Positions 19,094-29,755 of a stretch of 64,000 bases of DNA are shown piece after piece. The position numbers were made by a program, and so were the translations under genes. The DNA is taken from the NCBI GenBank assembly GCA_028868855.1, contig JAGWTR010000002.1, forward strand, positions 388,030 to 452,029, written 5' to 3'. Source of the stretch: Burkholderiales bacterium. GTDB lineage: Bacteria; Pseudomonadota; Gammaproteobacteria; Burkholderiales; Burkholderiaceae_C. The notes under the pieces were generated by a model, which saw nothing but the letters and a program-made list of their open reading frames with translations, was not told the origin of the DNA and made no database searches. Position 1 is the first letter of the stretch. Each line of letters opens with the position of its first letter.

Positions 19094-19900
19094 ATGCCTC
19101 GCACGGATGCCACCCCAGCGGCCTCGTCTCCGCTGAAGGCCCTGCAAAAGCGCTTGGGATACGAGTTTTCTGACAGCCGCCTGTTGGTGCGAGCTCTGAC
19201 GCACAAAAGCTTCGGCCAGGACCATTACGAACGACTGGAATTCCTGGGCGATGCCGTCCTGAACCTGGCGGTGTCGGGCATGCTCTATGCACGCTTTGGC
19301 CGCAGCGACGAGGGCGAGATGACCCGCGTGCGCGCCCACCTGGTGCGCCAGGACATGCTGCACAAGCTGGCTGTGGGATTGGATTTCCCGACTGTGATGC
19401 GCATGAGCGAAGGGGAGGCTCGGGGGGGCGGAGCGCAGCGACCCTCCATCCTGGCCGACGCCATCGAGGCTGTGATTGGCGCCATTTACCTTGATGCCGG
19501 CTTTGAGCAGGCATCGGCCCTGGTGCTGCGTCTGTTTGAGCCGGTGATGGCTGAAACCACGCTGGAAGTCTGGAGCAAGGATGCCAAAACTGCCTTGCAG
19601 GAATGGCTGCAAGGCCGCAAGATGGCCGTGCCCATCTACCGCATTGAAGCCACGCGGGGCAAGGCGCACGAACAAGTGTTCGTGGTGGCCTGTGAATTGC
19701 CCACGCTGGACTTAACCGTGCACGGCGAAGGTCTGTCACGGCGTGCGGCGGAACAGGTGGCGGCTGAACTGGCGTTGCGGCATGTTCGGGGGCTCACGGG
19801 CGCGGCGGATCCCGGCGGCCCTGCGGCGAACGCCCCCACCGTGGTCGTCAAGCCCCGCAAAGGCAAGCTCACGGCCGCTATGCCATCTAAGCGTGACTGA
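19094..19900 (+). CDS. rnc: ribonuclease III
   Basis: Carries the ERLEFLGDAVL signature and a dsRBD. ATG 19094 is preferred over TTG 19073. A roughly 45-aa Ala/Pro/Gly-rich C-terminal extension is present. Confidence 0.9.
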   Translation: MPRTDATPAASSPLKALQKRLGYEFSDSRLLVRALTHKSFGQDHYERLEFLGDAVLNLAVSGMLYARFGRSDEGEMTRVRAHLVRQDMLHKLAVGLDFPTVMRMSEGEARGGGAQRPSILADAIEAVIGAIYLDAGFEQASALVLRLFEPVMAETTLEVWSKDAKTALQEWLQGRKMAVPIYRIEATRGKAHEQVFVVACELPTLDLTVHGEGLSRRAAEQVAAELALRHVRGLTGAADPGGPAANAPTVVVKPRKGKLTAAMPSKRD

Positions 19901-19953
19901 TTTTCTGTATTTTCTGATTCTCCTGCTCTCTTTTGCGACCCCTCAATCACACC

Positions 19954-21036
19954 ATGCCCGATACCCCTTCATCCGCGGACGACAACACGCCCGCTGTCAC
20001 CGCCCAGAAGTCCCTGGCCGATAAAGCTGCCGAGGCAGTGAACCCATCGCTGGACGACATGCTGGCCGGCTTGTCCATGGCCAAGACGGGGGTCTCCAAA
20101 GGCGGCGTAGTGGCCGCAGAGCAGCGCTGCGGCCTGATCGCCATCATTGGTCGTCCGAATGTGGGCAAGTCCACTTTGCTCAATGCACTGGTGGGGCAGA
20201 AGGTGTCGATTACCTCGCGCAAGGCGCAGACCACGCGGCATCGCATCACGGGCATCCGCACCGATGGCAACAGCCAGTTCGTGTTCGTGGATACCCCCGG
20301 CTTCCAGACCCGACATGTGGTCAAGGGCACGGCAGCCCTGAATCGCAACCTCAACAAGACGGTTCAGGCGACCCTGGCCGACGTGGATGTGGTGCTTTTC
20401 CTGGTCGAGGCCGGTCGCTTCGGGCCGGATGATGCCAAGGTGCTGGCGCTGTGCCCCAAGGACAAGCCCGTCTTTCTGGTGGCCAACAAGCTGGATCTGG
20501 TCCATCGCCGCGCTGACGTCCTGCCTTGGCTGCAAACCATGCAGGCGCACCACCCCTTTGCCGAGTTCGTGCCTCTGTCCGCCCAAAGCGAAGACGACGT
20601 CCGGCGCTTGCTGGACATTGTGCGTCCGTACGTGCCCCAGCAACCTTGGTGGTACGACGAGGAGGCTCTGACCGACCGCACTGATCGTTTTCTGGCCAGC
20701 GAGATCGTGCGCGAAAAACTCTTTCGCCTGACGGGCGATGAGTTGCCCTACACCTCGACGGTGGTGATCGACACCTATACCGACGAGCCGCCACTGGCCA
20801 ATCACCCCCGCGCGACCGGTTTGATCAAGATCGCGGCCACCATCGTGGTCGAACGTGAGACCCACAAGGGCATCGTCATTGGTGACAAAGGCGAGCGCCT
20901 CAAGCGCATTGGCATGGAAGCGCGCACCGAGTTGGAGCGTCTGTTGGGCCGCAAGGTGTTTCTTGAAATCTGGGTCAAGGTACGCTCCGGCTGGGCCGAC
21001 GACGACGCGCGCCTGCGCACCTACGGCTACGAGTGA
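19954..21036 (+). CDS. era: GTPase Era
   Basis: Carries [16 protein letters not shown] and NKLD motifs plus a C-terminal KH domain. ATG 19954 gives an N-terminal extension of roughly 60-70 aa relative to E. coli Era. Confidence 0.9.
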   Translation: MPDTPSSADDNTPAVTAQKSLADKAAEAVNPSLDDMLAGLSMAKTGVSKGGVVAAEQRCGLIAIIGRPNVGKSTLLNALVGQKVSITSRKAQTTRHRITGIRTDGNSQFVFVDTPGFQTRHVVKGTAALNRNLNKTVQATLADVDVVLFLVEAGRFGPDDAKVLALCPKDKPVFLVANKLDLVHRRADVLPWLQTMQAHHPFAEFVPLSAQSEDDVRRLLDIVRPYVPQQPWWYDEEALTDRTDRFLASEIVREKLFRLTGDELPYTSTVVIDTYTDEPPLANHPRATGLIKIAATIVVERETHKGIVIGDKGERLKRIGMEARTELERLLGRKVFLEIWVKVRSGWADDDARLRTYGYE

Positions 21037-21057
21037 TCGGCCAGCGAGGCGCAGTCC

Positions 21058-21885
21058 GTGGCCCGAGCGGTTTCCAAACCTTCGAGCGCAGCCTATGTGC
21101 TGCACAGTCATGACTGGAGCGAATCCAGTCTGATTCTGGACCTCTTCACCCGCGACCATGGTCGCGTTGTGGCCGTGGCCAAAGGCGCCAAACGACCGTA
21201 TTCACAGCTGCGACCGGTGCTGATGCCATTTCAGCGCCTGAACGTGACCTTTGGCGCCCGCCGCACTGATGAAACCGAGGTCTGGCTAATGCGCCAGGCC
21301 GAATGGGCGGGCGGGCCGGCATGGGCGGGCGGCGCGGCTTTGTTGCCCGGCTTCTACCTCAACGAGTTGCTGATGCGCCTGCTGGCTCGGCATGATCCCC
21401 ATCCCGGTCTGTTTGACGCCTATGCCCAAGTGCTGCCGGCGCTGACTGACCCTGCCTTGCTGCAAGCCGCGTTGCGCGCATTCGAGGTGGTGTTGCTGCG
21501 CCAATTGGGGCATCTGCCCGATCTGTCCACTCTGACCGTCGGGGGGGCGGTTGCGGTGGCGGGTCAGCGGTATGAACTGAGCCCGCAATGGGGCGTATCG
21601 CTGGCATCGCGCGCCTCGCATACAACGACGGGCCGCTCAGGTGGCGATCCGGCCTTGGCCAATGCGACGCTGGATGGTGCGGTCCTGCTTCAACTGGAAG
21701 CCGCTTTATCGACTGAAGGCGAGGGCGGGCGTACGATACTGACCCCGGCCATGGCGCCAGTGATGGCCGCCTGCCTGCCGGCCTTGACCGAGCTTAAAAC
21801 CGCGCTGCGCACTTTGCTTCACTATCATCTCGGTTCCCACCCGCTGCGCACCCGCCAGCTCATGATGGAGCTTCAACAGGCATGA
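21058..21885 (+). CDS. recO: DNA repair protein RecO
   Basis: 275 aa with an OB-fold N-terminus (AYVLHSHDWSESSLILDLFTRDHGRVVAVAKGAKR). Position era-recO-pdxJ fits. Confidence 0.85.
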   Translation: MARAVSKPSSAAYVLHSHDWSESSLILDLFTRDHGRVVAVAKGAKRPYSQLRPVLMPFQRLNVTFGARRTDETEVWLMRQAEWAGGPAWAGGAALLPGFYLNELLMRLLARHDPHPGLFDAYAQVLPALTDPALLQAALRAFEVVLLRQLGHLPDLSTLTVGGAVAVAGQRYELSPQWGVSLASRASHTTTGRSGGDPALANATLDGAVLLQLEAALSTEGEGGRTILTPAMAPVMAACLPALTELKTALRTLLHYHLGSHPLRTRQLMMELQQA

Positions 21886-22712
21886 ACTTCTCTGCCACGC
21901 ATCTCACCACCCATGGCGCACCCCTGCTGGGCGTCAACATCGACCACGTTGCCACCTTGCGCAACGCCCGTGGTGGGCGCTTCCCCGATCCTGTGGCCGC
22001 CGCCTTGCTGGCGGTGGAGGGCGGGGCCGACATCATCACCTTTCACCTGCGTGAAGACCGGCGCCACATCCGCGACGACGATGTCGTGCGCCTCAAGGCC
22101 AGCGTAGCGGTGCCATTGAACTTCGAAGCGGCCGTAACGGACGAGATGCTCGGCATCATCGAACGCACACGGCCGGAGCATGTCTGCTTGGTTCCCGAGA
22201 GACGCCAGGAAGTCACCACCGAAGGCGGGTTGGACGTGGTCGTGCAACTGGCCCGTATCCGCGATGCATGCTCACGGCTGGCGGCGGCGGGATCGCGTGT
22301 GTCCCTGTTCATTGGTGCCGACCCGGCGCAGATTGAGGCGGCCGCCCATGCTGGCGCGCCGTGCGTTGAATTGCATACCGGTGCTTTGGCCAATGCCTGG
22401 TGGAACGGCGACGCCGCCGCCGTGCAGGCCGAGCTGGCGCGTCTCAAAGCAGGGCTGCGCCTGGCCCACAGCTTGGGGCTGCGCACCCATGCTGGCCATG
22501 GCCTGGCGCTCAACGAGCGCTCGAGCGCAGCACCAGGCATGGAGGCCTCCGCCCCGATCAGCAGCACCGGCCTGGTCGCGGCGCTGCCCGAGATCGCGGA
22601 ATTGCACATCGGCCACGCCCTGATCGGCCAAGCAGTGTTTGTGGGCCTCAGGCAAGCACTGGCCGACTTCAAGGCCGAAATCGTGCGGGCTCGCCAGGTG
22701 GTGTCACTGTGA
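21882..22712 (+). CDS. pdxJ: pyridoxine 5'-phosphate synthase
   Basis: Carries [16 protein letters not shown] and [13 protein letters not shown] overlap with recO. Confidence 0.9.
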   Translation: MNFSATHLTTHGAPLLGVNIDHVATLRNARGGRFPDPVAAALLAVEGGADIITFHLREDRRHIRDDDVVRLKASVAVPLNFEAAVTDEMLGIIERTRPEHVCLVPERRQEVTTEGGLDVVVQLARIRDACSRLAAAGSRVSLFIGADPAQIEAAAHAGAPCVELHTGALANAWWNGDAAAVQAELARLKAGLRLAHSLGLRTHAGHGLALNERSSAAPGMEASAPISSTGLVAALPEIAELHIGHALIGQAVFVGLRQALADFKAEIVRARQVVSL

Positions 22713-23113
22713 TTGTCGGCATCGGCACAGACCTGTGCGACATCCGCCGTGTTGATGCCGCAGTACAGCGCCGTGGCGATCGCTTTGCCGAAAGAGTACT
22801 GGGGCCCCAGGAGTTGTTGGTCTACCGCCAGCGACAGGCCCGCGCGCCCTTGCGTGGCCTGCGCTACCTCGCTACCCGATTTGCGGCCAAGGAAGCGTTT
22901 TCCAAGGCCATTGGCCTGGGCATTCACTGGCCCATGACCTGGCGCGCCTGCGAGATCCTCAATGCGGCCAGCGGGCGCCCGCACATTGCCTTGAATGGTG
23001 AACTGGCCAACTGGTTCGCAAAAAATAATTGGCAAGCCCACGTCACGGTCACCGACGAGGTCGACCATGCCCTGGCCTTTGTCGTCATCGAAACTCAAAC
23101 CGATACCCCATGA
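22709..23113 (+). CDS. acpS: holo-ACP synthase
   Basis: GTG 22709 overlaps the pdxJ stop (GTGA), in frame with ORF 22400..23113. The 134-aa product begins [14 protein letters not shown]. Confidence 0.85.
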   Translation: MIVGIGTDLCDIRRVDAAVQRRGDRFAERVLGPQELLVYRQRQARAPLRGLRYLATRFAAKEAFSKAIGLGIHWPMTWRACEILNAASGRPHIALNGELANWFAKNNWQAHVTVTDEVDHALAFVVIETQTDTP

Positions 23114-24219
23114 CCAAATTGCTCCACTCCGCCGCCCAAGGCGCTGACATCGCCCACGCTCCGGTCGTCCTGGATATTGAAGGGCTCAGCCTTAACGCGG
23201 ACGACCGCCGACGGCTACAACACCCACTCACCGGCGGGCTGATTCTGTTTGCGCGCAACTGGTCCAATCGGGCGCAATTGACGGCCCTGTGCGCTGAGAT
23301 CAAGGACCTGCGGCCCGATGTGTTGATTTGCGTCGACCATGAGGGTGGGCGCGTACAGCGTTTCAAGACCGATGGCTTCACTCATGTGCCGCCCATGCGC
23401 GTCCTCGGCGAGATGTGGATGAAGGATGGAAAAGGGGGGGAGGGCAGTGGTGCCATGACGGCCACCGATGCCGCCACCGCGTGCGGCTACGTGCTGGCCA
23501 GTGAGTTGCGCGCCTGCGGGGTCGATCTGACCTTCACACCCGTGCTGGACCTGGACTTTGGAGAAAGCAGCGTGATTGGTGACCGTGCTTTTCACCGCGA
23601 TCCCCGTGTAGTGTCCGTGCTGGCCAAAAGCGTCATGCACGGTCTGTTGCTGGCGGGCATGGCCAACTGCGGCAAGCACTTTCCAGGGCATGGATTTGTC
23701 CAGGCCGACTCGCACATTGACGTCCCCATCGACCGCCGCAGCCTGAAGGCGATCCTCGCCGACGATGCCAAACCCTATGAATGGATGAGCACCTCGCTGA
23801 CCAGCGTGATGCCGGCCCACGTGATCTACCCCAAGGTGGACAGTCTGCCGGCGGGTTTTTCCAGCCGCTGGCTGCAGGACATCCTGCGCGCGAAGATGGG
23901 TTTCACTGGCGCAATTTTCAGCGACGACCTGAGTATGGAAGGCGCCAGCGTCGCCGGAAGCCACACGCAGGCGGCTGTGGCCGCACTCAATGCCGGCTGC
24001 GATCTGGTGCTGCTGTGCAACCAGTCTCTCAAGGGTGGGCACGTGGTTGACGACATGCTTGACGGCCTGCAAACCGCGCAGATGCGTGGTCAGTGGCTGC
24101 CCAGTGTGGACAGTGAGGCCCGTCGCCTTGATCTGCTGCCACAAACGGCGCCCTTGACCTGGGATGAGCTCATGATGCACGCCCCTTATCACCAGGCGCT
24201 GAGCCGACTGCCGAGCTGA
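23110..24219 (+). CDS. nagZ: beta-N-acetylhexosaminidase NagZ
   Basis: ATG 23110 overlaps the acpS stop (ATGA). Glycoside hydrolase family 3 (GH3) motifs are present: [11 protein letters not shown] and KHFPGHG. Confidence 0.9.
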   Translation: MTKLLHSAAQGADIAHAPVVLDIEGLSLNADDRRRLQHPLTGGLILFARNWSNRAQLTALCAEIKDLRPDVLICVDHEGGRVQRFKTDGFTHVPPMRVLGEMWMKDGKGGEGSGAMTATDAATACGYVLASELRACGVDLTFTPVLDLDFGESSVIGDRAFHRDPRVVSVLAKSVMHGLLLAGMANCGKHFPGHGFVQADSHIDVPIDRRSLKAILADDAKPYEWMSTSLTSVMPAHVIYPKVDSLPAGFSSRWLQDILRAKMGFTGAIFSDDLSMEGASVAGSHTQAAVAALNAGCDLVLLCNQSLKGGHVVDDMLDGLQTAQMRGQWLPSVDSEARRLDLLPQTAPLTWDELMMHAPYHQALSRLPS

Positions 24220-24230
24220 AACCAGGCATG

Positions 24231-24267
24231 AAAAAGGCGCCATCCTCAGGAGGGTGGCGCCTTTTTT
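24231..24267. terminator. bidirectional rho-independent terminator between nagZ and rne
   Basis: aaaaa-ggcgccatcct-cagg-agggtggcgcc-tttttt forms an 11-bp stem with one G.T, flanked by an A-run and a T-run. Confidence 0.8.
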
Positions 24268-24308
24268 CATTCAGTCGAACCACTGAGTGGCCGACTGAAT
24301 GTTGCGGC

Positions 24309-27300
24309 TTAAGCCGCTGACTCGAACGGCAGCTTGACTTGGCTGAGGTCCTTGCGGGTCTCGACCAGAACCAACGGGCCTTCGTCGGTGATCGACAGCG
24401 GCTTGCGCTCACGGGGGACATGCACGGGCTTGGGTTCGCGGGCAATGGCTTCGCGAATCGCGTTCACCTTGTCAGCATCCGACTGCACCCATTGCAAGCC
24501 CACTTGCTGGGCCAGGGCGTTCAGGTCAGCCAGCGGCAGATCAAAACGCTCCACCTTCGGGGTGATCGCTGCAGGAGCCTCTGTGGCCCTGATGGGGGCG
24601 GCAGGGGCTTGAACGGGCACCGGAGTGACTTGCTCGGTCTTGGCCAGAGCCTCAGCTACGGCTGCCACGGGTGCGGTCGCACGCGCTGCCTCCATGGGGG
24701 CATCGACCGCAGCAGGTTGCGCTACCACGACATCGGCGGGGGCGAGGCTGAAAGGCCCCACATCAACTGACGGAGTGGGCAAGCTCAAGCTCAGACCGGC
24801 TTGATCCGAAGATGTTTCGGTCCCTGCCGAGCCTTCGGTGAGCGGACGCTCGCGGCGCTCACCACGGCGAGCACGGTCGCGCCCGCGGCCACGCGGACGG
24901 GCCTCGATGCTTTCGCCTTCGGCCTCGGTGCGCTCTCCCACGGGGGCGGCTTCAACACTTTCTGCGGTCGACTCGGCGAGCGCGCTTTCAGTGCCTTCAG
25001 CTTGCGCTGCGGCCTCGTCACGTTCGCCACGGCCACGGCCACCACGGCGACGTCGGCGAGCGCCATCACGCTCCGGCGTGCCTTCCGAGGCTGGGTTGTC
25101 CTGGGCCTCTGGAACACCCGGCACAGTGTCGACAAACGCGTTCTCTGACACCTCAATGGTGGAGTCGCGGGGGGCGCGCTCCTGGCGGTCGCCACGACCA
25201 CCACGACCACGGCGGCCGCCTTCGGCACGACCGGCAGAGTCGTCCACCTGGCGGGCAGACCCGCCGCGGGTTGTCAGTTCGCTGGTGGTCTCGACGGCGC
25301 GGTCTTCCCGGGGGGCGCGACGGCCACGGCCTTCGCGAGGTTCACGTCCCTCAGCGCCCTGGCGTTGTTGCTCACCACGTTCGCCGCGCTCACCACGGCC
25401 TTGGTTGCCACGCTCACCGCGTTCCGCACGCTCACCGCCTTGCCGGTCGCTGCGACCGGAGCCATCACGACGACCTCGGCCGTTGCCCTTGCCGCGGCCA
25501 GCCCCTTTGCCATCCTCGGTGGTTGGCTTGGAGGCTTCCTGAGCCGCGGGAATCGCAGGGGTGGGGGTTGATGTCGTACCACCAAACAGGCTCTTGATCC
25601 AGCCAAAGAATCCGCCCGAGGCAGCTGTGGGCTTGGCCGACGCATGTGCCACGGCGGGCACCGATGCGGCTTCCAGCACTGGCTCATTCTTCGGGGGCAC
25701 CACTGGAGCCGGCTGATCAGGCAGCACGCCCTTGATGATCGGCTCCTGCTTGGGTTTGGCCTTGTCTGCACCCTGACGGCGGGTGATGCCCACTTCGTCC
25801 TGAGGCTCCTCGATCATCGAGTAGCTGGCCTGAATGTTGTCCAGGCGCGGGTCGTCGTGACGCAGGCGCTCGAGCTTGTAGTTCGGGGTCTCCAGGTGCT
25901 TATTGGGCACCAGCAGCACGGTCACGCGCTGCTTGAGTTCGATTTTGGTGATTTCAGTGCGCTTTTCGTTCAGCAAGAAGGAGGTCACTTCCACCGGCAC
26001 TTGCACATGCACGGCCGAGGTGCCGTCCTTCATGGACTCTTCCTGGATGATGCGCAGGATTTGCAGCGCCGACGATTCGGTGTCACGGATGTGACCGGTG
26101 CCGTTGCAGCGTGGGCAGGTGATGTGGCTGCCTTCGGACAAGGCCGGACGCAGACGCTGACGCGACATCTCCAGCAGGCCGAACTTGCTAATGGCGGCCA
26201 GTTGCACACGGGCTCGGTCAAAGCGCAGCCCATCGCGCAGTCGTGTTTCGACCTCGCGGCGGTTTTTTGACTCTTCCATGTCGATGAAGTCGACCACGAT
26301 CAGGCCGCCCAGATCGCGCAAGCGCATCTGGCGGGCAATTTCGTCAGCCGCTTCTAGGTTGGTGCGGGTGGCGGTTTCTTCGATGTCACTGCCACGGGTG
26401 GCGCGTGCCGAGTTGACGTCCACCGATACCAGAGCTTCGGTGTGGTCGATCACGATCGCGCCGCCCGAGGGCAGGTTCACTGTGCGCGAGAACGCCGTTT
26501 CAATCTGGTGCTCGATCTGAAAGCGTGAGAACAGCGGGGCATCGTCACGGTAGCGCTTGACTCGGTCGGCCGTGTCGGGCATGACGTGCAGCATGAACTG
26601 CTTGGCCTGCTCGTAGATGTCGTCCGTGTCGATCAGGATTTCGCCGATGTCGGAGGTGAAGTAATCGCGGATGGCGCGAATCACGAGCGACGATTCTTGA
26701 TAGATCAGGAAAGCACCCTTGCCCGAACCGGAGGCCTCGTCAATGGCCGTCCACAGCTTGAGCATGTAGTTCAGGTCCCACTGCAATTCGGCAGCGGTTC
26801 GGCCGATGCCGGCGGTGCGTGCAATCAGGCTCATCCCCTTGGGGTATTCGAGCTGATCCATGGCCTCTTTCAGCTCTTCACGGTCATCGCCCTCAATGCG
26901 ACGGCTCACGCCACCACCGCGGGGGTTGTTGGGCATAAGCACCAGATAACGGCCGGCCAATGACACGAAGGTGGTGAGGGCTGCGCCTTTGTTGCCGCGC
27001 TCTTCCTTTTCGACCTGGACGAGCAATTCTTGCCCTTCCTTGATCGCGTCCTGAATGCGGGCCGAGCGGACGTCGACGCTTTCGCGGAAGTATTGACGCG
27101 AGATTTCTTTAAAAGGCAGAAAGCCATGGCGCTCTTCGCCGTAATCGACGAAACAGGCTTCCAGAGAAGGTTCAACGCGGGTGACAACGGCCTTGTAGAT
27201 GTTGCCCTTGCGCTGTTCGCGACCTTCGATTTCGGTTTCGAAGTCGAGGAGTTTTTGTCCGTCGACGATGGCCAGGCGGCGCTCTTCGGGCTGCGTGGCG

Positions 27301-27320
27301 TTGATGAGCATGCGTTTCAT
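24309..27320 (-). CDS. rne: ribonuclease E
   Basis: ATG 27320 gives [24 protein letters not shown]. It has an S1 domain and the Zn-link [10 protein letters not shown]. The roughly 480-aa C-terminal half is Arg/Glu/Gly/Ala/Pro-rich. Confidence 0.95.
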   Translation of the reverse strand: MKRMLINATQPEERRLAIVDGQKLLDFETEIEGREQRKGNIYKAVVTRVEPSLEACFVDYGEERHGFLPFKEISRQYFRESVDVRSARIQDAIKEGQELLVQVEKEERGNKGAALTTFVSLAGRYLVLMPNNPRGGGVSRRIEGDDREELKEAMDQLEYPKGMSLIARTAGIGRTAAELQWDLNYMLKLWTAIDEASGSGKGAFLIYQESSLVIRAIRDYFTSDIGEILIDTDDIYEQAKQFMLHVMPDTADRVKRYRDDAPLFSRFQIEHQIETAFSRTVNLPSGGAIVIDHTEALVSVDVNSARATRGSDIEETATRTNLEAADEIARQMRLRDLGGLIVVDFIDMEESKNRREVETRLRDGLRFDRARVQLAAISKFGLLEMSRQRLRPALSEGSHITCPRCNGTGHIRDTESSALQILRIIQEESMKDGTSAVHVQVPVEVTSFLLNEKRTEITKIELKQRVTVLLVPNKHLETPNYKLERLRHDDPRLDNIQASYSMIEEPQDEVGITRRQGADKAKPKQEPIIKGVLPDQPAPVVPPKNEPVLEAASVPAVAHASAKPTAASGGFFGWIKSLFGGTTSTPTPAIPAAQEASKPTTEDGKGAGRGKGNGRGRRDGSGRSDRQGGERAERGERGNQGRGERGERGEQQRQGAEGREPREGRGRRAPREDRAVETTSELTTRGGSARQVDDSAGRAEGGRRGRGGRGDRQERAPRDSTIEVSENAFVDTVPGVPEAQDNPASEGTPERDGARRRRRGGRGRGERDEAAAQAEGTESALAESTAESVEAAPVGERTEAEGESIEARPRGRGRDRARRGERRERPLTEGSAGTETSSDQAGLSLSLPTPSVDVGPFSLAPADVVVAQPAAVDAPMEAARATAPVAAVAEALAKTEQVTPVPVQAPAAPIRATEAPAAITPKVERFDLPLADLNALAQQVGLQWVQSDADKVNAIREAIAREPKPVHVPRERKPLSITDEGPLVLVETRKDLSQVKLPFESAA
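24840..25560 (-). repeat. imperfect short tandem codon repeats encoding Arg/Glu/Gly blocks of the RNase E C-terminal domain
   Basis: Peptide blocks include [55 protein letters not shown] and [19 protein letters not shown]. On the plus strand the motif cgctcacc recurs four times in 25375..25440. Confidence 0.6.
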
Positions 27321-28006
27321 GTGAACTCCAGTCCATGCGAGGCCAGCCCTGGATGGCACCAGGCAGACCCCAAAGCACTACCGACCAAGGTCGGTAGCAG
27401 CATTCATGCACGAGTCAACGCAAAAGAACCGAGAAGGAATTGCCGTGGCTGTTGACCCCGAAGGGTCAGTGCAGCAGGGGCGCGTGCGCGAGAGCCAATA
27501 CACGAGCCCCCTCCCACCGGCGCTGGCTGGGTCGACCGCTGTAGAGCAAGTCGCCAGGCAGGGGTGCCGGACAGGGGGCTGAAGGCGAATCGGGCCGTAT
27601 TGTCCAGTCGCGTGTGCAGACCTCTGCACCACACACCCTTGAGTGGTGTGCGGCAGTGCTCTGGGTAGGACTGGAAACGTGCAGGATGGGCCGGGACATT
27701 CGTGCGGGTCACTCGACGCGGACACCAGCGTGGGCAGGAATAAATGCAATCATGCTTCGCGCTGGCGCCAAAAAACCTTGATTGGTGGTTCGTTCGACAT
27801 TGGCTCTGACACACGCGGCGCTCCGGCAAAACCACACCTTGGGCGGTTTTCTCAGGGGCGCAGCACGTACTGCATCACCATCAATTTGGCGGGACTCCCC
27901 GCCGGGCCACGTCTGAGACATTCACCAGGCGGTCTCAAAAGGTAAACTCGCGCCTGGCTCCGCCAAAGTTTGCAATTGCAAATTAACAATCACAACACTT
28001 CATTAC
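27321..28006 (-). promoter_or_regulatory. rne-rluC divergent control region including a long structured rne 5' leader
   Basis: 686 nt with no credible CDS. Hairpins: 27378..27397 (9-bp perfect stem); 27453..27468 (6 bp with a cUUCGg loop in the rne-sense RNA); 27614..27629; 27632..27650; 27888..27903 (GC-rich, 6 bp); 27925..27957 (7 bp). Confidence 0.5.
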
Positions 28007-29068
28007 GTGGCTCAGTCCATTATAGGTGCGAAATCCGCATCTCACCGTTTGAAAAAGGCGGTGGATTCACCTAACGCCACCCCTGCCGCCGTGCAGCGCC
28101 TGGTCGTCGACGAAGGGGGGGCTGGACAGCGTCTGGACAACTTTCTGATCAAGGTGCTCAAGGGCGCACCCAAGACCCTGGTTTACCGCATCATCCGCAG
28201 CGGCGAGGTGCGGGTGAACAAGGGACGGGCGTCGGCCGATACTCGCCTGGCGCTGGGTGACGAGGTGCGGGTTCCCCCTTTGCGCCTGTCTGAACGGCCC
28301 GCCGAGACCGAGAGCGCGGTGCCTGCCCGTGAGTTTCCGGTGCTGTTCGAGGACGAGTACCTGATTGCCATCAACAAGCCGGCCGGCGTGGCCGTGCACG
28401 GTGGCAGTGGTGTCAGTTTTGGTGTCATCGAACAGTTGCGCCGTTCGCGTCCGCAAGCGCGTTTTCTGGAACTGGTGCATCGACTGGACAAGGAAACCTC
28501 CGGCATCTTGCTGGTGGCCAAGAAGCGCAGCGCCTTGCTCGCCTTGCAAGACCACTTTCGCGAGCGGCGTGCGCATAAAACGTATGCTGCCCTGGTGATT
28601 GGAGCGTGGCCAGTTCACAAGAAGGTCATTGATGTGGCGTTGCATAAATTCCTGACCCCTGACGGTGAGCGCCGTGTGAAAGTCGTGCGTGATGACAACA
28701 GAGATGGGCGCCGTTCGATCTCCCTGGTGCAGGTGGTCCATGATTACGCCGCCTTTAGCCTGCTCGATGTCACCATCAAAACCGGCCGCACGCACCAGAT
28801 CCGCGTCCACCTGGCGAACGAAGGGCACCCCATCGTTGGCGATGAAAAGTATGGCGATTTCGCCCTGAACAAGGCCTTGGCCCGCGGACAAGAGGTGCCC
28901 GGTATCCGCATGCAAGGCCTGTCAGGCGGTCGCTTTGAGAACATGTTCCTGCATGCTCGCTATTTGCGCCTGCCGCACCCGGCCACCGGTGAAGACCTGA
29001 CTGTTCAAGCACCGTTGCCCCCAGAATGCCAAGCTATTTTGGCGGCCTTGATTGACGCAAACGGCTAG
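28007..29068 (+). CDS. rluC: 23S rRNA pseudouridine synthase RluC
   Basis: Carries AGQRLDNFL...YRIIRSGEVRVNKGR (S4-like) and an HRLDKETSG catalytic motif. It is divergent from rne, as in E. coli. The GTG 28007 start is uncertain because no SD precedes it. Confidence 0.85.
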   Translation: MAQSIIGAKSASHRLKKAVDSPNATPAAVQRLVVDEGGAGQRLDNFLIKVLKGAPKTLVYRIIRSGEVRVNKGRASADTRLALGDEVRVPPLRLSERPAETESAVPAREFPVLFEDEYLIAINKPAGVAVHGGSGVSFGVIEQLRRSRPQARFLELVHRLDKETSGILLVAKKRSALLALQDHFRERRAHKTYAALVIGAWPVHKKVIDVALHKFLTPDGERRVKVVRDDNRDGRRSISLVQVVHDYAAFSLLDVTIKTGRTHQIRVHLANEGHPIVGDEKYGDFALNKALARGQEVPGIRMQGLSGGRFENMFLHARYLRLPHPATGEDLTVQAPLPPECQAILAALIDANG

Positions 29069-29077
29069 AGTTTCCTC

Positions 29078-29755
29078 ATGGATCAATCTTCAATCAATCG
29101 TCCCCAGCAGTTCGATCTCGTCGTTTTCGATTGGGATGGCACCTTGTTTGACTCGACGGCCTTGATCACACGGTGCATTCAGGCCGCCTGCGCAGACTTG
29201 CAGTTGCCTGTACCTTCGAGAGAGGCTGCCGCTTATGTGATCGGCCTGGGACTGCACGATGCCTTGCAACACGTCGCGCCCACGTTGCCGCCGGAGCGGG
29301 TGCCCGAACTGGGGTTGCGCTACCGCCACCACTACTTTCAGCGCCAGCACGAACTCAGCCTTTTCGACGGTGCGCTGGATCTGTTGTCGGTCCTCAAGGC
29401 GCGGCACCACTGGCTCGCCGTCGCCACGGGAAAATCCCGTCAGGGCTTGAATGAAGCGCTGGAAAACGTTGCCTTGCGCGGCGTGTTTGATGCCACCCGC
29501 ACGGCTGATGAGACACAATCTAAACCGCATCCCTTGATGCTGCAAGAACTGATGGCTGAATTTGGCGTTGCCCCAGATCGCACCTTGATGATTGGCGACA
29601 CCATCCACGATCTGCAACTGGCGCTCAACGCTGGGACGCACTCAGTGGCCGTGAGTTACGGTGCTCATGAGCCTTCCGCATTTGCATCCTTCCCGACACG
29701 ATACGTGGCCCAGTCAGTGGGTCAGTTGCAAGAGTGGTTGTTGAAACATGCCTGA
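29078..29755 (+). CDS. HAD-family hydrolase (phosphoglycolate phosphatase-like)
   Basis: 225 aa with motif I (LVVFDWDGTLFDS) and a C-terminal GDTIHD motif. Confidence 0.75.
   Translation: MDQSSINRPQQFDLVVFDWDGTLFDSTALITRCIQAACADLQLPVPSREAAAYVIGLGLHDALQHVAPTLPPERVPELGLRYRHHYFQRQHELSLFDGALDLLSVLKARHHWLAVATGKSRQGLNEALENVALRGVFDATRTADETQSKPHPLMLQELMAEFGVAPDRTLMIGDTIHDLQLALNAGTHSVAVSYGAHEPSAFASFPTRYVAQSVGQLQEWLLKHA

Noticed and set aside
24838-25542. 234-aa Arg/Pro/Ser-rich ORF on the plus strand, along with other ORFs in 24334..26270.
   Set aside because: They are antisense to the repetitive RNase E C-terminal region, and the composition simply mirrors the Arg/Gly/Glu codon repeats.
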